From contig NC_068984.1 of NCBI RefSeq assembly GCF_001194135.2, forward strand, positions 11,232,707-11,296,706: a DNA stretch of 64,000 nucleotides, written 5' to 3'. Positions 50,507-63,230 of the stretch are shown here, in pieces. A program made the translations under genes and the position numbers. The DNA is from Octopus bimaculoides (taxonomy: Eukaryota). Each line of letters starts with the position of its first letter. Position 1 is the stretch's first letter. The notes beneath the pieces are model-generated. The model saw only the letters and a list, made by a program, of their open reading frames with translations, had not been told where the DNA came from and did not search any database.

Positions 50507-51636
50507 CTGAAATGAAATATATTCAGATGTAATATTATTTATTTAATCAGTTGGGTGAGTATGACATTTTAATTAGGCAAACTTGCAAAGAATCGAAAAT
50601 TAATGACTTCTGTTTTAGAATCACAATCCTCACCAATTCCAGGTTGCTGCTGACAAGACCATCATTATCTTAATACACCTGCCATCTTTAATCTTATCTT
50701 TTACTTGTTTCAGTCACTATACTGTGGCCATGCTGGGGCACTGCCTAGAATTTTTTTGTCAAACAAATCAACCCCAGTACTTATTCTATTGGTCTCTTTT
50801 GGCAAACCGCTAAGTTACAGGGACATAAACACACCAGTTGTCAAGTGTCAGTCATTTATTTAAACTTTCTCTGCTAACTCATCAAATTCCATTATTTGAA
50901 TTTGGTAATTTTCTAAGATTTTAATTCTTGTGTATAAGGGGCCCACCGAAGTTGGTTTAAATCCAGTCCTGATTGTGATGGTATGAATGTAATAATTGAT
51001 GGCAGTGAACTGAGTGAAAACAGTGGAAGATAGCCATGGAAGAGTACATGCCAAAAACAAAGACAAATAGAGAGTTTGAATATCAGGATTTCAGCTCCTT
51101 GGACGAAACGATAAAGCAGGAGTTAGAGCAATAGATGTGAAAATGATAATGACTACGATGGATTATGACAGGTTGACTTTATTTTCCTTGGTTAGTAAAA
51201 CAGAACCAGTGACAACAGACATGACAACCAAAAGAAAAAGAAACATGTCCTTGTACCGAGAAGTAATTAATATTAATTAACTGAGGCATAGATGTGACTC
51301 ATCATTAATTTATCTCTACTTCACTTCACATGCCAAATACAAAACAGCATTAGGGGGTTTTTTTTTAGTCTTTTGTTTGTAGTTGTTGATTTCTTTTTTT
51401 TTTTTTTTGATAAGATAGTTGCTGTGAATTTCTTTTATCAATTCTTTCTTTTGTCTTTTCTTATTATCATTTCTATTTCAACAAACTTTCTATTACAAAA
51501 ATTGTCTCACCCCCACCAATACAAATGAGACCTCTTTTACCATGTGTCCATGATAGACAAGGGATAGTGTAACAGTAGATGTACTCCAGATATACCAGCA
51601 GCAGTTACATGACCCAGAATTTAGTTAATAGAATTT

Positions 51637-51880
51637 AGCACAGCAAGGCGATGAGCTGGCAGAAACATTAGCACGCCAGGCGAAATGCTTAGCGGTATTT
51701 TGTCTGCCATTACGTTCTGAGTTCAAATTCCACCAAGGTCGACTTTGCCTTTCATCCTTTCAGGGTCAATAAATTAGGTACCAGTTACACACTGGGGTCG
51801 ATGTAATCGACTTAATCCCTTTGTCTGTCCTTGTTTGTCCCCTCTACGTTTAGCCCCTTGTGGGCAATAAAGAAATAAGA
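51637..51880 (+). mobile_element. SINE family A, full length
   Basis: Head ggcgatgagctggcagaaacattagcacgcc, core gtcgactttgcctttcatcc and tail gtttagccccttgtgggcaataaagaaataagaa. TSD aatttagcacagcaa. Confidence 0.88.
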
Positions 51881-52047
51881 ATTTAGCACAGCAATAAAAT
51901 TTGTCATATTTTACAAATATTCATATACACAGCTATATGGTTAAGAAGTTCCCAGCTGTGTAGTTTTGGATTCAGCCCCACGTGACACACTGGGCAAGTG
52001 TCTTAGATCCGGACTGACCAAAACCTTGTAACTGGATTAGGTTGACA

Positions 52048-52057
52048 NNNNNNNNNN
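52048..52057. other. Assembly gap (N run)
   Basis: 10 N next to (GT)n. Confidence 0.99.
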
Positions 52058-52110
<53 letters not shown>

Positions 52111-52319
52111 TTTCCCTCATGTTCACTGGTTTGTAAACAATGGTCTCCTGTCGGTATCAAAGGATATCCAAACATCCTCACATGTTTTTAACATGTTGTG
52201 CGATCTTTGTAAACAAAAGCATCCTTAAAAAGCTTTGTCTGTTTCCAGTTTCCTGAATAAAATATGTCCAGGTTGTTAGCTTTCAACAAACTGAAAGATT
52301 ATTATTATCTCATTTGGAG

Positions 52320-52790
52320 ATGTGTGGGGTTTGCAACAGAAAGGGCATCCAGTCATAGAAAAATTGCCTCAACATACTCTTGTCTGACCCATGCAAGCAT
52401 GGAAAAGTAGGCATTAAAACAATGATGATGATAGTGAGGCATGCACATAAAAAGCACCCTTCGAACTTTGGGCCTCATGGAGGCAGTGACAAATGACGGA
52501 GACCTATGGCAATTTACCATGCTTGAGGAGACCTGCCAAGCCAAGTAAGATCACAGCTGTGGCCAATGCCAGTGATTTGTAACGGACACCTGTGCTGGCA
52601 GCACATAAAAATCACTCGCTATACTCTTGGAGTGGTTGGCATTAGGAAGGACATCCGGCTGTAGAAACCTTGCCAAATCAGATTGGAACCTGGTGCAACT
52701 CGCCATCTTGCCAGCTCCTGTCAAACCATCCAACCCATGCCAGCATGGAAAACAGACATTAAATGATGATGATGATGGTGATGTTTGTAC
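52320..52790 (+). repeat. Family C repeats (two adjacent segments)
   Basis: gagtggttggcattaggaaggacatccggctgtag...taaatgatgatgatgat. Confidence 0.75.
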
Positions 52791-53999
52791 ATATGAGTGT
52801 CTGCTTTTTGTTTGTTTTAGATCTAAAAACAAAAAATTGTTTAAAAATCGATTGTATTAGAGAAGCAACATATGACTGTTTTGACGAATACAATCCCAGA
52901 CAAAATGAAAAGCAAAGCTGACCTTAGCAACAAATGAGATTAACAAAACTTAATATATCTCAGACATTTAGTGTCAGAATCTCTCCTGAGACTAATTAGG
53001 AAACAAGGTTTATTTTTAGCTTAGCTTTTTTTCAATATCAGAATAAGTTTTCAGAAATACACAAACATTATATTTCTGTTAGTTTGGTGACCCAAATATT
53101 AAGTTCTGTGCATTGTTTTATTAAGTTAGCAAAAAAACTAAACTTGCAATTATGATAAGCTTTGGTGGTCTTTGGAACAACTGTTCATCAAAGCATTTAA
53201 CCATCCTTATGATTGTTTTAACATCCACGTTTCCATGGGTTGGATGAAATTTGGTGAAGTAGATTTTCTATGGCCTGATGCTCTTTTTGTTGTCAAACAT
53301 CAGCTATTTCTGAGTAAAGTAATATTTCCTGTGATTGAACAGGTTTTCAACAAAGGTTGCAAACAAATGCCACTACTTGTATAATGGTGACATTCATTTA
53401 CAACTATAGTGATGTAAAGACAAGGAGATGCGGATACATACACACACATTAAGTGTGCGTGTCCATGCATGCAGACAAGGCTGAGAACTTAGCTTTCCAA
53501 CCATATGGATTCAAGTCCAACCCTACAGCAAGACACCTTGGACAAGTGTCTTCTACTATAGCCCTAGACTGACCAAAGCCGTCTCAGTAGATTTGGTAGG
53601 CAGAAACTGAAGCCCATTGTATGTACGTGCGTGTGAGCAGGCATGTATGTATAAACACAAAAAAACTGAAGTACAGTTGGCTTCTGGTCTTCTCATCTTC
53701 TGTTGTGCCACTGGTTTTATAGCTGATCACAAAGAAAATGTGTTCAATACTGTGCAACACTTTATCTACAAATTCATGCAACTTCTTGGAATCTCAGAAT
53801 GTTTGCAGAGACTGAGCTTAAGTTCCTGCCTTATCTGGCCATGAACTGATTTCCACCATGCATGCGTGTGCATGTGTGTATTTATGTCATTGTTCAGTTT
53901 TATTTCAAGATTTCTTGTCAATAGTGAAAGAACTGGTTTCTAATCTAGATTCAAGGTTCCTTCATTAGAATTTCAACATCAGCAAGAAGGTATTTCTGT

Positions 54000-54430
54000 T
54001 TGTCATCATCATCATCGTTTAATGTCTGCTTTCCATGCGAGCATGGGTTCGACGATTTGACTGAGGACTGGCGAATCAGATGGCTACACCAGGCTCCAAT
54101 CTGATTTGGCAGAGTTTCTACAGCTGGATGCCCTTCCTAACGCCAACCACTCAGAGAGTGTAGTGGCTGCTTTTACGTGCCACCGGCATGAAGGCCAGTC
54201 AGGAGGTACTGGCAACGGCCACGCTCAAAATGGTGTATTTTACGTGCCACCTGCACAGAAGCCAGTTTGTTGCCAGAGGTACTGGCAACAAACTCGCTCG
54301 AATGTCTTTTCATGTGCCAGGAAGGCGACGTTGGTAACGGTTACGCTCAAATGGTGCTATTTACGTGCCACCGGCACGAAAGCCAGACAGCTGGTGCTCT
54401 GGCAACGATCACGCTCGGACGGTGCTCTGA
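54000..54430 (-). repeat. Family C repeat, long copy with internal subrepeats
   Basis: Highly similar to 48455-48830 and 16785-17085. Confidence 0.8.
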
Positions 54431-54499
54431 GTGATGTATGCATATGTGCAGATTTGTATGCTTTGCTTTATGCATGTGTTCTCATGCATATAGCTACAT

Positions 54500-55130
54500 A
54501 TCTAGACATGCTCATATATACTTAAATGATAAACTTCTGGAAAGTTTTACGATTTTTACAGTTCCAGTGATGGATTGGATCTGCAGTCTTCGAATTAGCT
54601 TTCTCTTTTCTGGTTTTGAAAAGCTTAATTTCTCAAGATTGGTATTCAGGCAGTGTGTTACATATCCCAGGACCCCAATAATTACAGGTATAAACCTGAA
54701 CTTGTAATCTGGATAGAGAAACTGCAGATTTCTCAATAGTTCAGAGTAGGAGTTCTCTTTTTCACTGATCTTCAGCTTCATGTTAACATCCGCTGGGCCC
54801 CTAATTTACACAACTGTGTACAGTTTCTCTTCTCCGTCCCAAATCATTATATCAGGTCTGTTGTGCTTACATTTCATTGAGGTCTTCACTGGAACATTCC
54901 ACTAGCACTCCTTTTTATTATGAGTGGTTATAGCTTCTACCATATTGTGGGTTCTTATATCTTTGTCCTTGGGGTTATCCTTCCGATGGATTTCATTATA
55001 GAGTGTCCTAGCTACAGTATCATGTCTCATGGGTAGATAATACTGTGATGACATTTTCAGACAACTGCTTATGGTGTGAGTGAGTGAGTGTGTTGGTTTT
55101 TCCTTGTCTTGACATCTTGTAATTGCTGTA
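54500..55130 (-). mobile_element. R4/Dong-like non-LTR retrotransposon 3' remnant (RLE domain)
   Basis: NRPDIMIWD..., KISEKENSYSELLRNLQ..YKFRFIPVIIGVLG...IQSITGTVKIVK. Confidence 0.78.
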
Positions 55131-56872
55131 AATGAATGTCATTTATTTCCAATATTCTACGAAAACTGGTCATGGGAAAATATTGCCTTGCATGGAAACC
55201 AGTAAGGTGTGGCAACAGAAAGGTCATACAACTGCAAGAAAATGTGTTTCAATAAACTGTCTGACCCATGCAAGCATAGAAAAGTGGACGTTAAACACAC
55301 ACACACACACACTGTGTGGTTAAGAAGTTTGCTTCCCAACCACATGGTTCCAGGTTCAGCCCCATTGCATGGCACCTTGGGCAAGTGTCTTCTACAACAG
55401 CTTCGGGCTGACGAGTGGATTTGATAGGCGGAACCTGAAATATATATATATATATATATACAGTAATGCCTCGATAAACGAGTAAATTTGTTCCCGGAGA
55501 TCGCTCGTAAAGCGAAAATTCGTAAAGCAGAGCGATCATTTCCCAAAGAAGCAATGAAATTTTATGCTCTGTGTGTGTGTGTGTGTGAGAGAGAGACGTC
55601 CACTTTTATATGTATTACACACACAAGTTTCTCTGTTTCCATCTACCATATACACTTGTAAGGCTTTGTTCATCAAAGAGTTATAGCAGAAGACACTTTC
55701 CTAAGATGTCACTCAGTGGGACTGAACCCGATACACCATACAATGGAAATTAAGATAATGAAAACAGCTGTTCTTCCAAATTTTTACAATTTTATCTCCC
55801 CCACCCCACTACTTCTGAACCCTTTCCCTTCCCCATAGAAAACAAAAGAAGGCAATTTTATTTTTTTCTCCAAAAAATTCATCTCAAAGTATTCTTTGAT
55901 TTCTTTTATATTTTTATATGTTTCAGTCCAATGACTGTGCAGTTTAAAAAAGTTGTCTGTGGACTTAAAACTGATTCTGATAATAATGGGTCAAAAATAA
56001 TAACCTAAATTTCTTGTGTTTAATTACGAAATATTTTACTTCTGTAAACTCTTTCAAATACTAATAACAAAAAGAGCGAAAATAACCTAAGTCAAAAGAA
56101 AAAAAGGAAGAGAGAAAGACAGAAATAAAAGATGAAAGGAAAATAGAAGCAAACAAAGTGCACTCTGATTTAAAATCTAAAGATATAATGGAGTTATTAA
56201 TGAACAAGTGAAGAGTAATTTGGTATCATTTACCTGATCAGAAATTTAACGAACAACCTCTCTGTCTCAAAGTTAGTTTAGAAGGTTTTACACGTTTAGT
56301 TGTACGATTTGTCTCCCTTTTTAATGATTATTTTGAGGTATTTTCTTCCGGCTCTTTACCTTACGGTTTAGGTAACCCCTGAGATCGACTTTGCTTTTTA
56401 TCTTTTTAGGGATCGCTAAAATAAAGTACCACTCAAGTAGAGGGGGAAATGTAATCAACTTGTGCCGCTCCCTCAAAACTGTTGGCTTCATGCCAATATT
56501 TGAAACTATATTTATTTATATTCAGAACCCACCTCCACCAAAAAATGAAATCAACTTATTTTTTTTATATCAGTATCAGCAAATAACTCAATGAAAAATA
56601 ATATCATTTACAGGCGAAGGTAAAAAAGAATTAGGAAAACTCGGTGTTTAGGGTTAGGGCAAGGGGTTAGGGTTTTTGTTACGCCGAAAACGGGTGATGT
56701 GCATATTCTTTACCTGCGCTCATTTACAAAAGTAAATAAGAAAACGGAGATAAAAAAAATAAATAAAGGCGATCTTTAAGGCTGATATTTCGTACTGGTA
56801 TCGAAAGATCGCCAAAAAATAAATATATAAATTCTCTTATTGGTGTGTGTGCAGTGAACACAATGTACTTAC

Positions 56873-56950
56873 GATTAAGCGAGTCCTGACACCAAGCTGT
56901 TTTGCCCAATCGGTCTAGGTTTGCCTAAATGCTCGTCTCTATCTCTTCCC
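56873..56950 (-). other. Candidate 5' (possibly non-coding) exon of NitFhit
   Basis: Consensus donor ATC|GTAAGT at 56872 in non-repeat, CpG-richer sequence. No ATG in the required phase was found, and the upstream boundary is unknown. Confidence 0.25.
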
Positions 56951-56984
56951 TGTTTTCTTTCTTCTATATCCACGCTTGCTCCCC

Positions 56985-57705
56985 TTCGGAAGGCAACATC
57001 CTCTTTTTTTTTTCAACATGGACTAGTTCCAACAGAGAGATGGATTAAATTCTGCTACAGTAGAGGGAGCTGGGTTTGTCAGTTCCTGAAACAGCTGAGG
57101 AAAGACGGAAGCAGAGAATATGGGACAATCTACGCTCAGCTGCTACCTTCAACTCTCTCTTTGATGAATCTGATCAATTTTCAAGGTGTCGCCAACTTTC
57201 TGTAAGTGCGAAATTCTCAGGGGACTGGGTTGATGCCCTGCCTGTGGCCAACATTGGTGGATGAGCTCCGCATCCCCATTGCACTCAGTCCCCTACGTCT
57301 GTGAGAGACTGAGTGTAATGGAGATGCGCTGTGGTGGACCCCTCGACTCCAGAGGCCTTCGTGGTTTGTCTTGTCGCCTAAATGCTGGTAGTTTCGATCG
57401 TCACACCGAGCTAAACCTAATCATTAAGCGGGCCCTGGGATCTATTCCATCTCGATCAGATTTTTTAATTAATTTTTTTTAACTAGATCTGGGCCGCGGC
57501 TCGGGTTAATATCTCCTCAGTTCTGGAGCCGGCGGGATTATTCAGAAGTGAGGGAGAAAAATCAGATGATCTTACCCTTTCTCTCTGCGTACGAAGTAGG
57601 TCCCTCATCCGGGACGCCAGAATCTGTGTCTCCTTTGCTCCATCCCACATCCTGGATGTTACAGTAAATAGAAGGGTCACTGGCCTGGTTTTGCACACAA
57701 TGTTA
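56985..57705 (+). mobile_element. CRE-clade-like non-LTR retrotransposon remnant (zinc finger + RLE)
   Basis: Degenerate frames give SGDWVDALP, CGGPLDSRGLRGLSC...RHTELNLIIKRAL, LEPAGLFRSEGEKSDDLTL and RSLIRDA, matching the C-G-H-C...RH...EP...RPD...WD pattern. Confidence 0.7.
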
Positions 57706-58342
57706 ATGTTTTCAGTACTATGTTCTACAGTTCAAATTCCACCGAGGTCCACTTTGGCTTTCATCTTTTCAGGGTCGATAAAATAACTATCAGTTGAACA
57801 CTGAGATCGATGTAATCGACTTACCCTGAAATTGCTAGCCTTGTGCCAAAATTTGAAACGAATATTATGTTTGACAGTCAGTACTTATAAAATTTTTGTC
57901 GATAGTCTTCAGTTTATCTCATTACCAAAGACAAGAATCTTCCAGACTCCATTCTGTCAGTAAAGTACTGTCATCTCGGTATATGGTGTGAATATGAGGA
58001 GGGGATTATTTTCCATTGGTTTGGTCTAAGTAGTTCTGCCTCTATACGCCCATCAAGACTAGCAAAATCGAGGCAACAGCAAGCCAACGAGATTATCTAT
58101 TGCACTTACTTGACTTGCAAGCCAAATATCCTTCAAAGTACATCCTATTGCGTTACATAAGGAAAGGCTACATTGTGTAATGTAGTCTTCTATACTCTTA
58201 AAACGACAGGATGGTCACTACTGGAATACCTTTAATCATAGTTCTGCTTTCATCCAAGCTGAGCAATAATGCAATCAATAGTTGCAACTTAGGGCGGCGA
58301 GCTGGCAGAATCGTTAGCACGCCGGTCGAACTGCTTAGCGGT

Positions 58343-60014
58343 CAGACGTCGAGTTGAAGTTATTGCGCGAGTCTATGTTGAACTGTTTATTGAATTGTTG
58401 CCATTGTTGATTGAATTGTTAATTGTTGCCGTTGTTGATTCGTTAATTGTTGTTTTGTTTCCCATTGTGGGAAAATGGAGAAGGCGCCGGAGGTAGGCCG
58501 CAGTTATGCGGCCGCAACGAGCAAAGGAGTAGACGTGCAAGAGTTGGAGGTCCGAGAAATAAAAGTGGAGCCCAGAAAGATGAAGGAGAGTGAAAAATTA
58601 AACACTAAATACTGAAGCTAACGCCACCGGAAGAGTTATCGGCCAACGTGTTAAAAAGAACGGTAACATTTAAAACCACGAAGACAGCCACGCGGAAAAT
58701 AGAGATTGCGCCGATAGAAGCCATAGAGGAATGTATTAAGGAATTGAAAAGAGTTACAACATACGTTAGGAGAGGGAGGAGATACACCACTGCGGAGGTG
58801 CGCTTCACAACGGATGAGGAAGCAATAAAGCACTCCACAGAGGCAATAAGGTCAGAAGAATGGGTGCTCTTGCCTTCGTACTGCGGCAAACGTGTGGTCA
58901 AAGTGCGAGTGAGTAAGATGCCACATGAATTGAAAGAAGAATGGCTGATGACAGCCATAACGTATAATATGAAAGACGGGAAGATTCTGAAGACTACAAG
59001 GACCCAGAAGGTGAACTACTGGGGATATGGTATCGAATTAATGATTCAGGCAACAACGGAGGATGAGATTGTGCTGCCAGAAGATGTGAAGCTGAGTTAT
59101 TGTGGAGGGTAGGGCGCCAGTATGTTTCTCACGTGGAGAAAGGGGTCACATGAAGGCATGGTGCACCCAAAGAAAGCCACAAACAGAACAGGAGGAGAGA
59201 CATGAGAGTGTGGACCAAGTAGTACAGGACAAGGGAACAGACAAAGAAACGGAGAAGGGGTTCACTATGGTTAAAAAGAAAAGAAGGAGGAGCGGAGGAA
59301 TGAATTCTCCGCCAGAGAAGCAGAAAAAGAAGAGAGAAGAGGTGAGAAAAGAAACTGTGAAGGAGGGCAGTAGGAAGGAAAAAGAAAGTGGAGTTACCAG
59401 TGGAGAAAGTGTGGGAAACCCAACTGTATGAAGGTGAGATGATGGAGAGACTATTTATGGAGGAAGAAAAGAGAGAACCAAAAGTCCAAGAGAAAGGAAA
59501 GAAGATCCGAGGAGGAGAAGGCGTATGGTATAATGTAACGTATCCAAAAAATGTTGAAACAGAGAAAAAAATAATCAAGTTACACTCAATAGTAAGAGTG
59601 AAGGTGCTTTCATACGTCTACGCAGAGGATATGAAGGCAATATTGATAGAAGAGGAGAACTACTGAAAATTGAAAGAGATGTGTGGAGATAACGTTGACC
59701 CGCCAGGAGTGGAGGTGGAATTTAAAGAGTTGCCACCAGTGGTGGATTTGAGAGATATCGAATCACTGATGAAGTTCTACTAAAGACAAGTATGAAATTA
59801 AAGAGAGAGAAAAAGAACAATTGTAAATAGTACATATAACGGTTCAAATGGTAATGCACGGGGGTGGGGCCCATGCGTCCATTTTCACTTTTTCATTTTT
59901 ATATAACTTTCATTTCATTTACATTCGTTTTATGTTTTTTGTCCCCACTGTGGTCTTGTCTATCCTTGTGGTGTCCCCATCTATGTTTAGGGTTTTATGC
60001 CTAATAAAAGAAAT
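58343..60014 (+). mobile_element. ORF1-only non-LTR retroelement (gag-like ORF1 with degenerate zinc knuckle), inserted into a family A SINE
   Basis: ATG at 58475 (MEKAPEVGRSYAAA...), frameshifted ORF1 pieces and a CFSRGERGHMKAWC knuckle. CGGT is duplicated at 58339-58342 and 60015-60018, and the host SINE halves are contiguous across it. Confidence 0.75.
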
Positions 60015-61139
60015 CGGTATTTCGTTTGCTGTTACGTTCTGATTTCAAATTCCGCCGAGGTCGACTTTGCCTTTCATCCTTTCGTGGGGTCGATTAAATA
60101 AGTACCAGTTACGCACTGGGGATCGATGCAATCGACTTAATCCCTATGTCCTTGTTTGTCCCCTCTATGTTTAGTCCCCTGTGGGCAATAGACAAAATAA
60201 AATAATTGCAACAGCTGCAGGAAAACACGGACAGGGAAGACACCCACCTAAGGTCTCTTTTTTCCTTTAATGATCCCTAGTTTATGAGGTTGACCATCAT
60301 TTGCATCTCTAACACTTAACTAAGCCCCTTTTTCTATTACGGTTTTACTATTGATTCCACAGTACTTACGTTTGAATATGAGTTTACTACAAAAAAAATA
60401 AATAAATAAGCTACACTGTGTCAAAATTTAGTTGTGTCAAGTTTATCAAAATATAGAACTATAACTTACATGCTATTTTTCCCCCCACCATTCTGTGAGG
60501 TTTATTGATCACGAAATAACAAAGGAGCCTTTTACATAGTCGGGCGAACCAGTTTGGCTACTGTGTACAGGGGCTCAAAACCCACACTACACCAGTGAGT
60601 GTACCCAAGTTTGATGTATAACAGAGGCAGTGTGCTTGCTTGTTCTATATTTTCTATATTCACTAACTTTTTTTTTACACCTTTTACGATTTTCTTATTT
60701 ACTTTTGCAAATTTGCTTCTTTTTCAAGGAACTTAATCTTCTTTAAAATCTTGATTATAATATTCCCAAATTAACCTTCAAACACAAAAGAAAAGTAGTT
60801 TAGTAAAATTGCCTTTACCCTTAGCATATTCCTCTTGCCCTTTCAAGTAAGGGACTGGTTCAAATCCTCATATTTTTCTCGCTGAGATATAAACAATTTA
60901 CTTTTTGCTGTTTTGATACGGTCATTAGGGACACAACAAGATTTGTTTCAACACACGAATTCACATCAGGAGCAAATACGAAAATGAAATATAAACAATT
61001 TAATTTTCAACTTGAATTACATTAACATCGTTTCACTAGGTTAAGAAACAAATTGTTCTCATCGTGCAGTTTCAAAATTAGATCATTAATATGGTTAGTT
61101 ACATCAACTAAGAATCTTTTTAAAATCTTTAAAAAAATC

Positions 61140-61640
61140 CTTCCTACCACAGGTAGAAGGCCTGAAATTTTGAGGAAGGGTTAAGTCGATTACACTGACC
61201 TCAGTGCTCAACTGGAACTTATTTTATCGAGGCAAAATCGACAACGGCTGAACTTCAGCTCATGGATTTTATTCGGCACGCTAACTATTTTGCAAGCTCA
61301 CCACCAAATAGTCAAATATTCTTTTCTACTCTAGGCACAAGGCTCGAAGTTTTTGGAGAGGGGATGAAAGGCAAAGTCGACTTCGGCGGAATTTGAACTC
61401 AGAACGAAGCGATGAGCATTTCACCCAGCGTGCTAACGATTCTGCCAGCTCGCCGCCTTACTACTAATAATAATCTTTTCTACTATAGACACAAAGCCTG
61501 AAATTTGGGGGAGGGGGACAGTCGATTACATCGACTCCGAAAGGATGACAGGCAAAGTCGACCTCGACGGAATTTGAAATCAGAACGTACGCAGACCAAA
61601 TACCGCTGAGATTTCGCCTAGCGTGCTAACGCCTTGATAA
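61140..61640 (-). mobile_element. Cluster of three family A SINE copies
   Basis: Repeated gaaaggcaaagtcgac..cggcggaatttgaactcagaac cores. A further copy lies at 62100-62300. Confidence 0.75.
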
Positions 61641-62908
61641 TAATAATTTCTTTTAAATAATGATAATAATGATTTCTTTATTAACCACAAGGCTTTACAT
61701 TAAGAAAAATAATAATAATAATAATAAACAATAATAAATAATAATATACCGTTATCTGAAGGCTACAAGACAGCGAAAAGTGTAGTTTTTATGAGCAATA
61801 TAGAAGGGAAAGGTAACCAAAAGCGTGGACAAACGGCCTACCTTTCTCCCGCTCCAGTTCAATTCTGAAGATTTTAGTCGTCTTAACTCAATAATTCCAA
61901 ATGTAATTATTTATGTCCATTAAAGTAAGTAAAGTACCTTTCTGGCACACTGAGTCAGCACACTCATTAACTCCTGTAATTAAGAAAGTCTTGTTTCTCG
62001 AATCACAGCCAAAAGTTAATTGATTTATAAACATTATAGTGCTAACTTTGGGCCAACATTGAAAAATGACGCAACTGACAAATATATTGGTTTGAAATGT
62101 TGGCATAAGGCCTGCAATTTCGGGAGGGATAAGTAAGTGGATTACATCGACTCGAGTGCATAACTGGTACTTACTTTATCGATCCCAGGAAGGATAAAAT
62201 GCAAAGTCGACTTCGGCGGAATTTGAAGTCAAAACGTACAGACGAACAAAATGCCACTAAACATTTTCCCCGGCATGCTAACGTCTCTGTCAGTTCAATA
62301 TCTTAATAATGTATTAAAAGCTGCGTTTGCAATTTGTAATTTGTTTTATAAGTCATTATGAATAATAATTACTATGGGGCGGAGGTAAAGAATACGTACA
62401 CCACCCGTTTTCGGCGTAACACAAACCCTAACCCCACCTAAACACCGGATGTACGTATTCTTTATTTTCGTCTTACTATGGTATTAATACAGGACACTCT
62501 TCCGGCAGCTCCTTCGGACTACATCATCAAGGTCGAGAGAGGAATCCTGACGATTGGGCTACCCAGGATTTTCTTACATCTAGTCCAGGCCTGTGCAAGA
62601 CTGGATTATTTTATGTACAACTCCATTGTCTCCTGAGACAAAAGGATGCAAACAGTTTGGTAGATGTATGTGCTGGGGAAAGCTACGTTGGAGTAGTTTC
62701 GTTCTTTGGTCTTATACGAAACCATTACAATTTCTTTTCTGCTCCAACTCAATGTTGGTCAGCAATATTCAGTACCTCAAAGTTGAAAATGAAAAGTGAA
62801 TCTACGCTGGTAATTAAATGGGTGATGTCAAGAAACACTTGACTGAAGGCTGAAACTGTTTCCAAGAAGATTTGAAGCTAATTTCATAAGATATAAATCA
62901 GGAAGACT

Positions 62909-63230
62909 GTGGAGGCGCAATGGCCCAGTGGTTGGGGCAGCGGACTCGCGGTCATAGGATCACGGTTTCGATTCTCCGGCAGGAGATGGTGGCGAACCCT
63001 GCCGTACTCTTTCACCACAACTTTCTCTCACTCTTACTTCCTGTTTCTGCTGTGCCTGTAATTCAAAGGGTCAGCCTTGTCACACTGTGTCACGCTGAAT
63101 ATCCCCGAGAACTACGTTAAGGGTACACGTGTCTGTGGAGTGCTCAGCCACTTGCACATTAATTTCACGAGCAGGCTGTTCCGTTGATCGGATCGACTGG
63201 AACCCTCGTCGTCGTTAGCGACGGAGTGCC
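62909..63230 (+). mobile_element. tRNA-derived SINE, head D + tail X
   Basis: gtggaggcgcaatggcccagtggttggggcagcggactcgcgg...cgacggagtgcc. Confidence 0.85.

Noticed and set aside
56714-56723. ATGAGCGCAG|gtaaag as coding exon 1 of NitFhit
   Set aside because: It ends in phase 1, which gives an immediate TAG in the next exon (phase 2 is required). The motif is also part of a repeat shared with 62380-62460.
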